In this document: positions 63,935-64,000 of the stretch, piece after piece
Layout: each line of letters begins with the position of its first letter
Position numbering within the stretch: position 1 is the first letter of the stretch
Source of the DNA: Octopus sinensis
Taxonomy: Eukaryota
Assembly (NCBI RefSeq): GCF_006345805.1
Contig: NC_043001.1
Span: forward strand, 110,112,001-110,176,000
Direction of reading: 5' to 3'
Length of the DNA: 64,000 nucleotides
Translations under genes and position numbers: made by a program
Notes under the pieces: model-generated
The model's database searches: none
Told to the model about the DNA's origin: nothing
Seen by the model: only the letters and a program-made list of their open reading frames with translations

Positions 63935-64000
63935 GTGAGTTCCTTCCTATATCTATGTCTGTCTATCTATATATATATCTATCTATCTATCTATCTATCT

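Overview
AT-rich, microsatellite-saturated eukaryotic DNA. From recall, its interspersed repeats match the tRNA-derived SINE landscape of Octopus (inference). I cannot identify any protein-coding gene with confidence, and almost every ORF in the supplied track is a translation of simple repeats or SINEs. The window is mostly a transposon record. It holds at least five tRNA-headed SINE-like families (my labels A-E, about 40 copies or fragments) with shuffled head/core/tail modules, and 3' ends of three LINE clades (CR1-like, Tx1/L1-like, R4/Dong). It also has a ~545-bp element flanked by (AAT)n, several fold-back MITEs, and Penelope-type fragments carrying minimal hammerhead-ribozyme motifs. 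The best leads are: a tRNA-headed SINE whose tail carries a hammerhead motif; five hammerhead-like motifs in total; a CR1-like LINE 3' end sharing its stem-loop tail with the dominant SINE; a hairpin family whose two arms co-vary between copies; and head-to-tail SINE multimers with a recurrent junction. A few short candidate exons (best 63785-63934 and 55267-55408, + strand) are listed at low confidence. Repeat boundaries were read by eye and are approximate.
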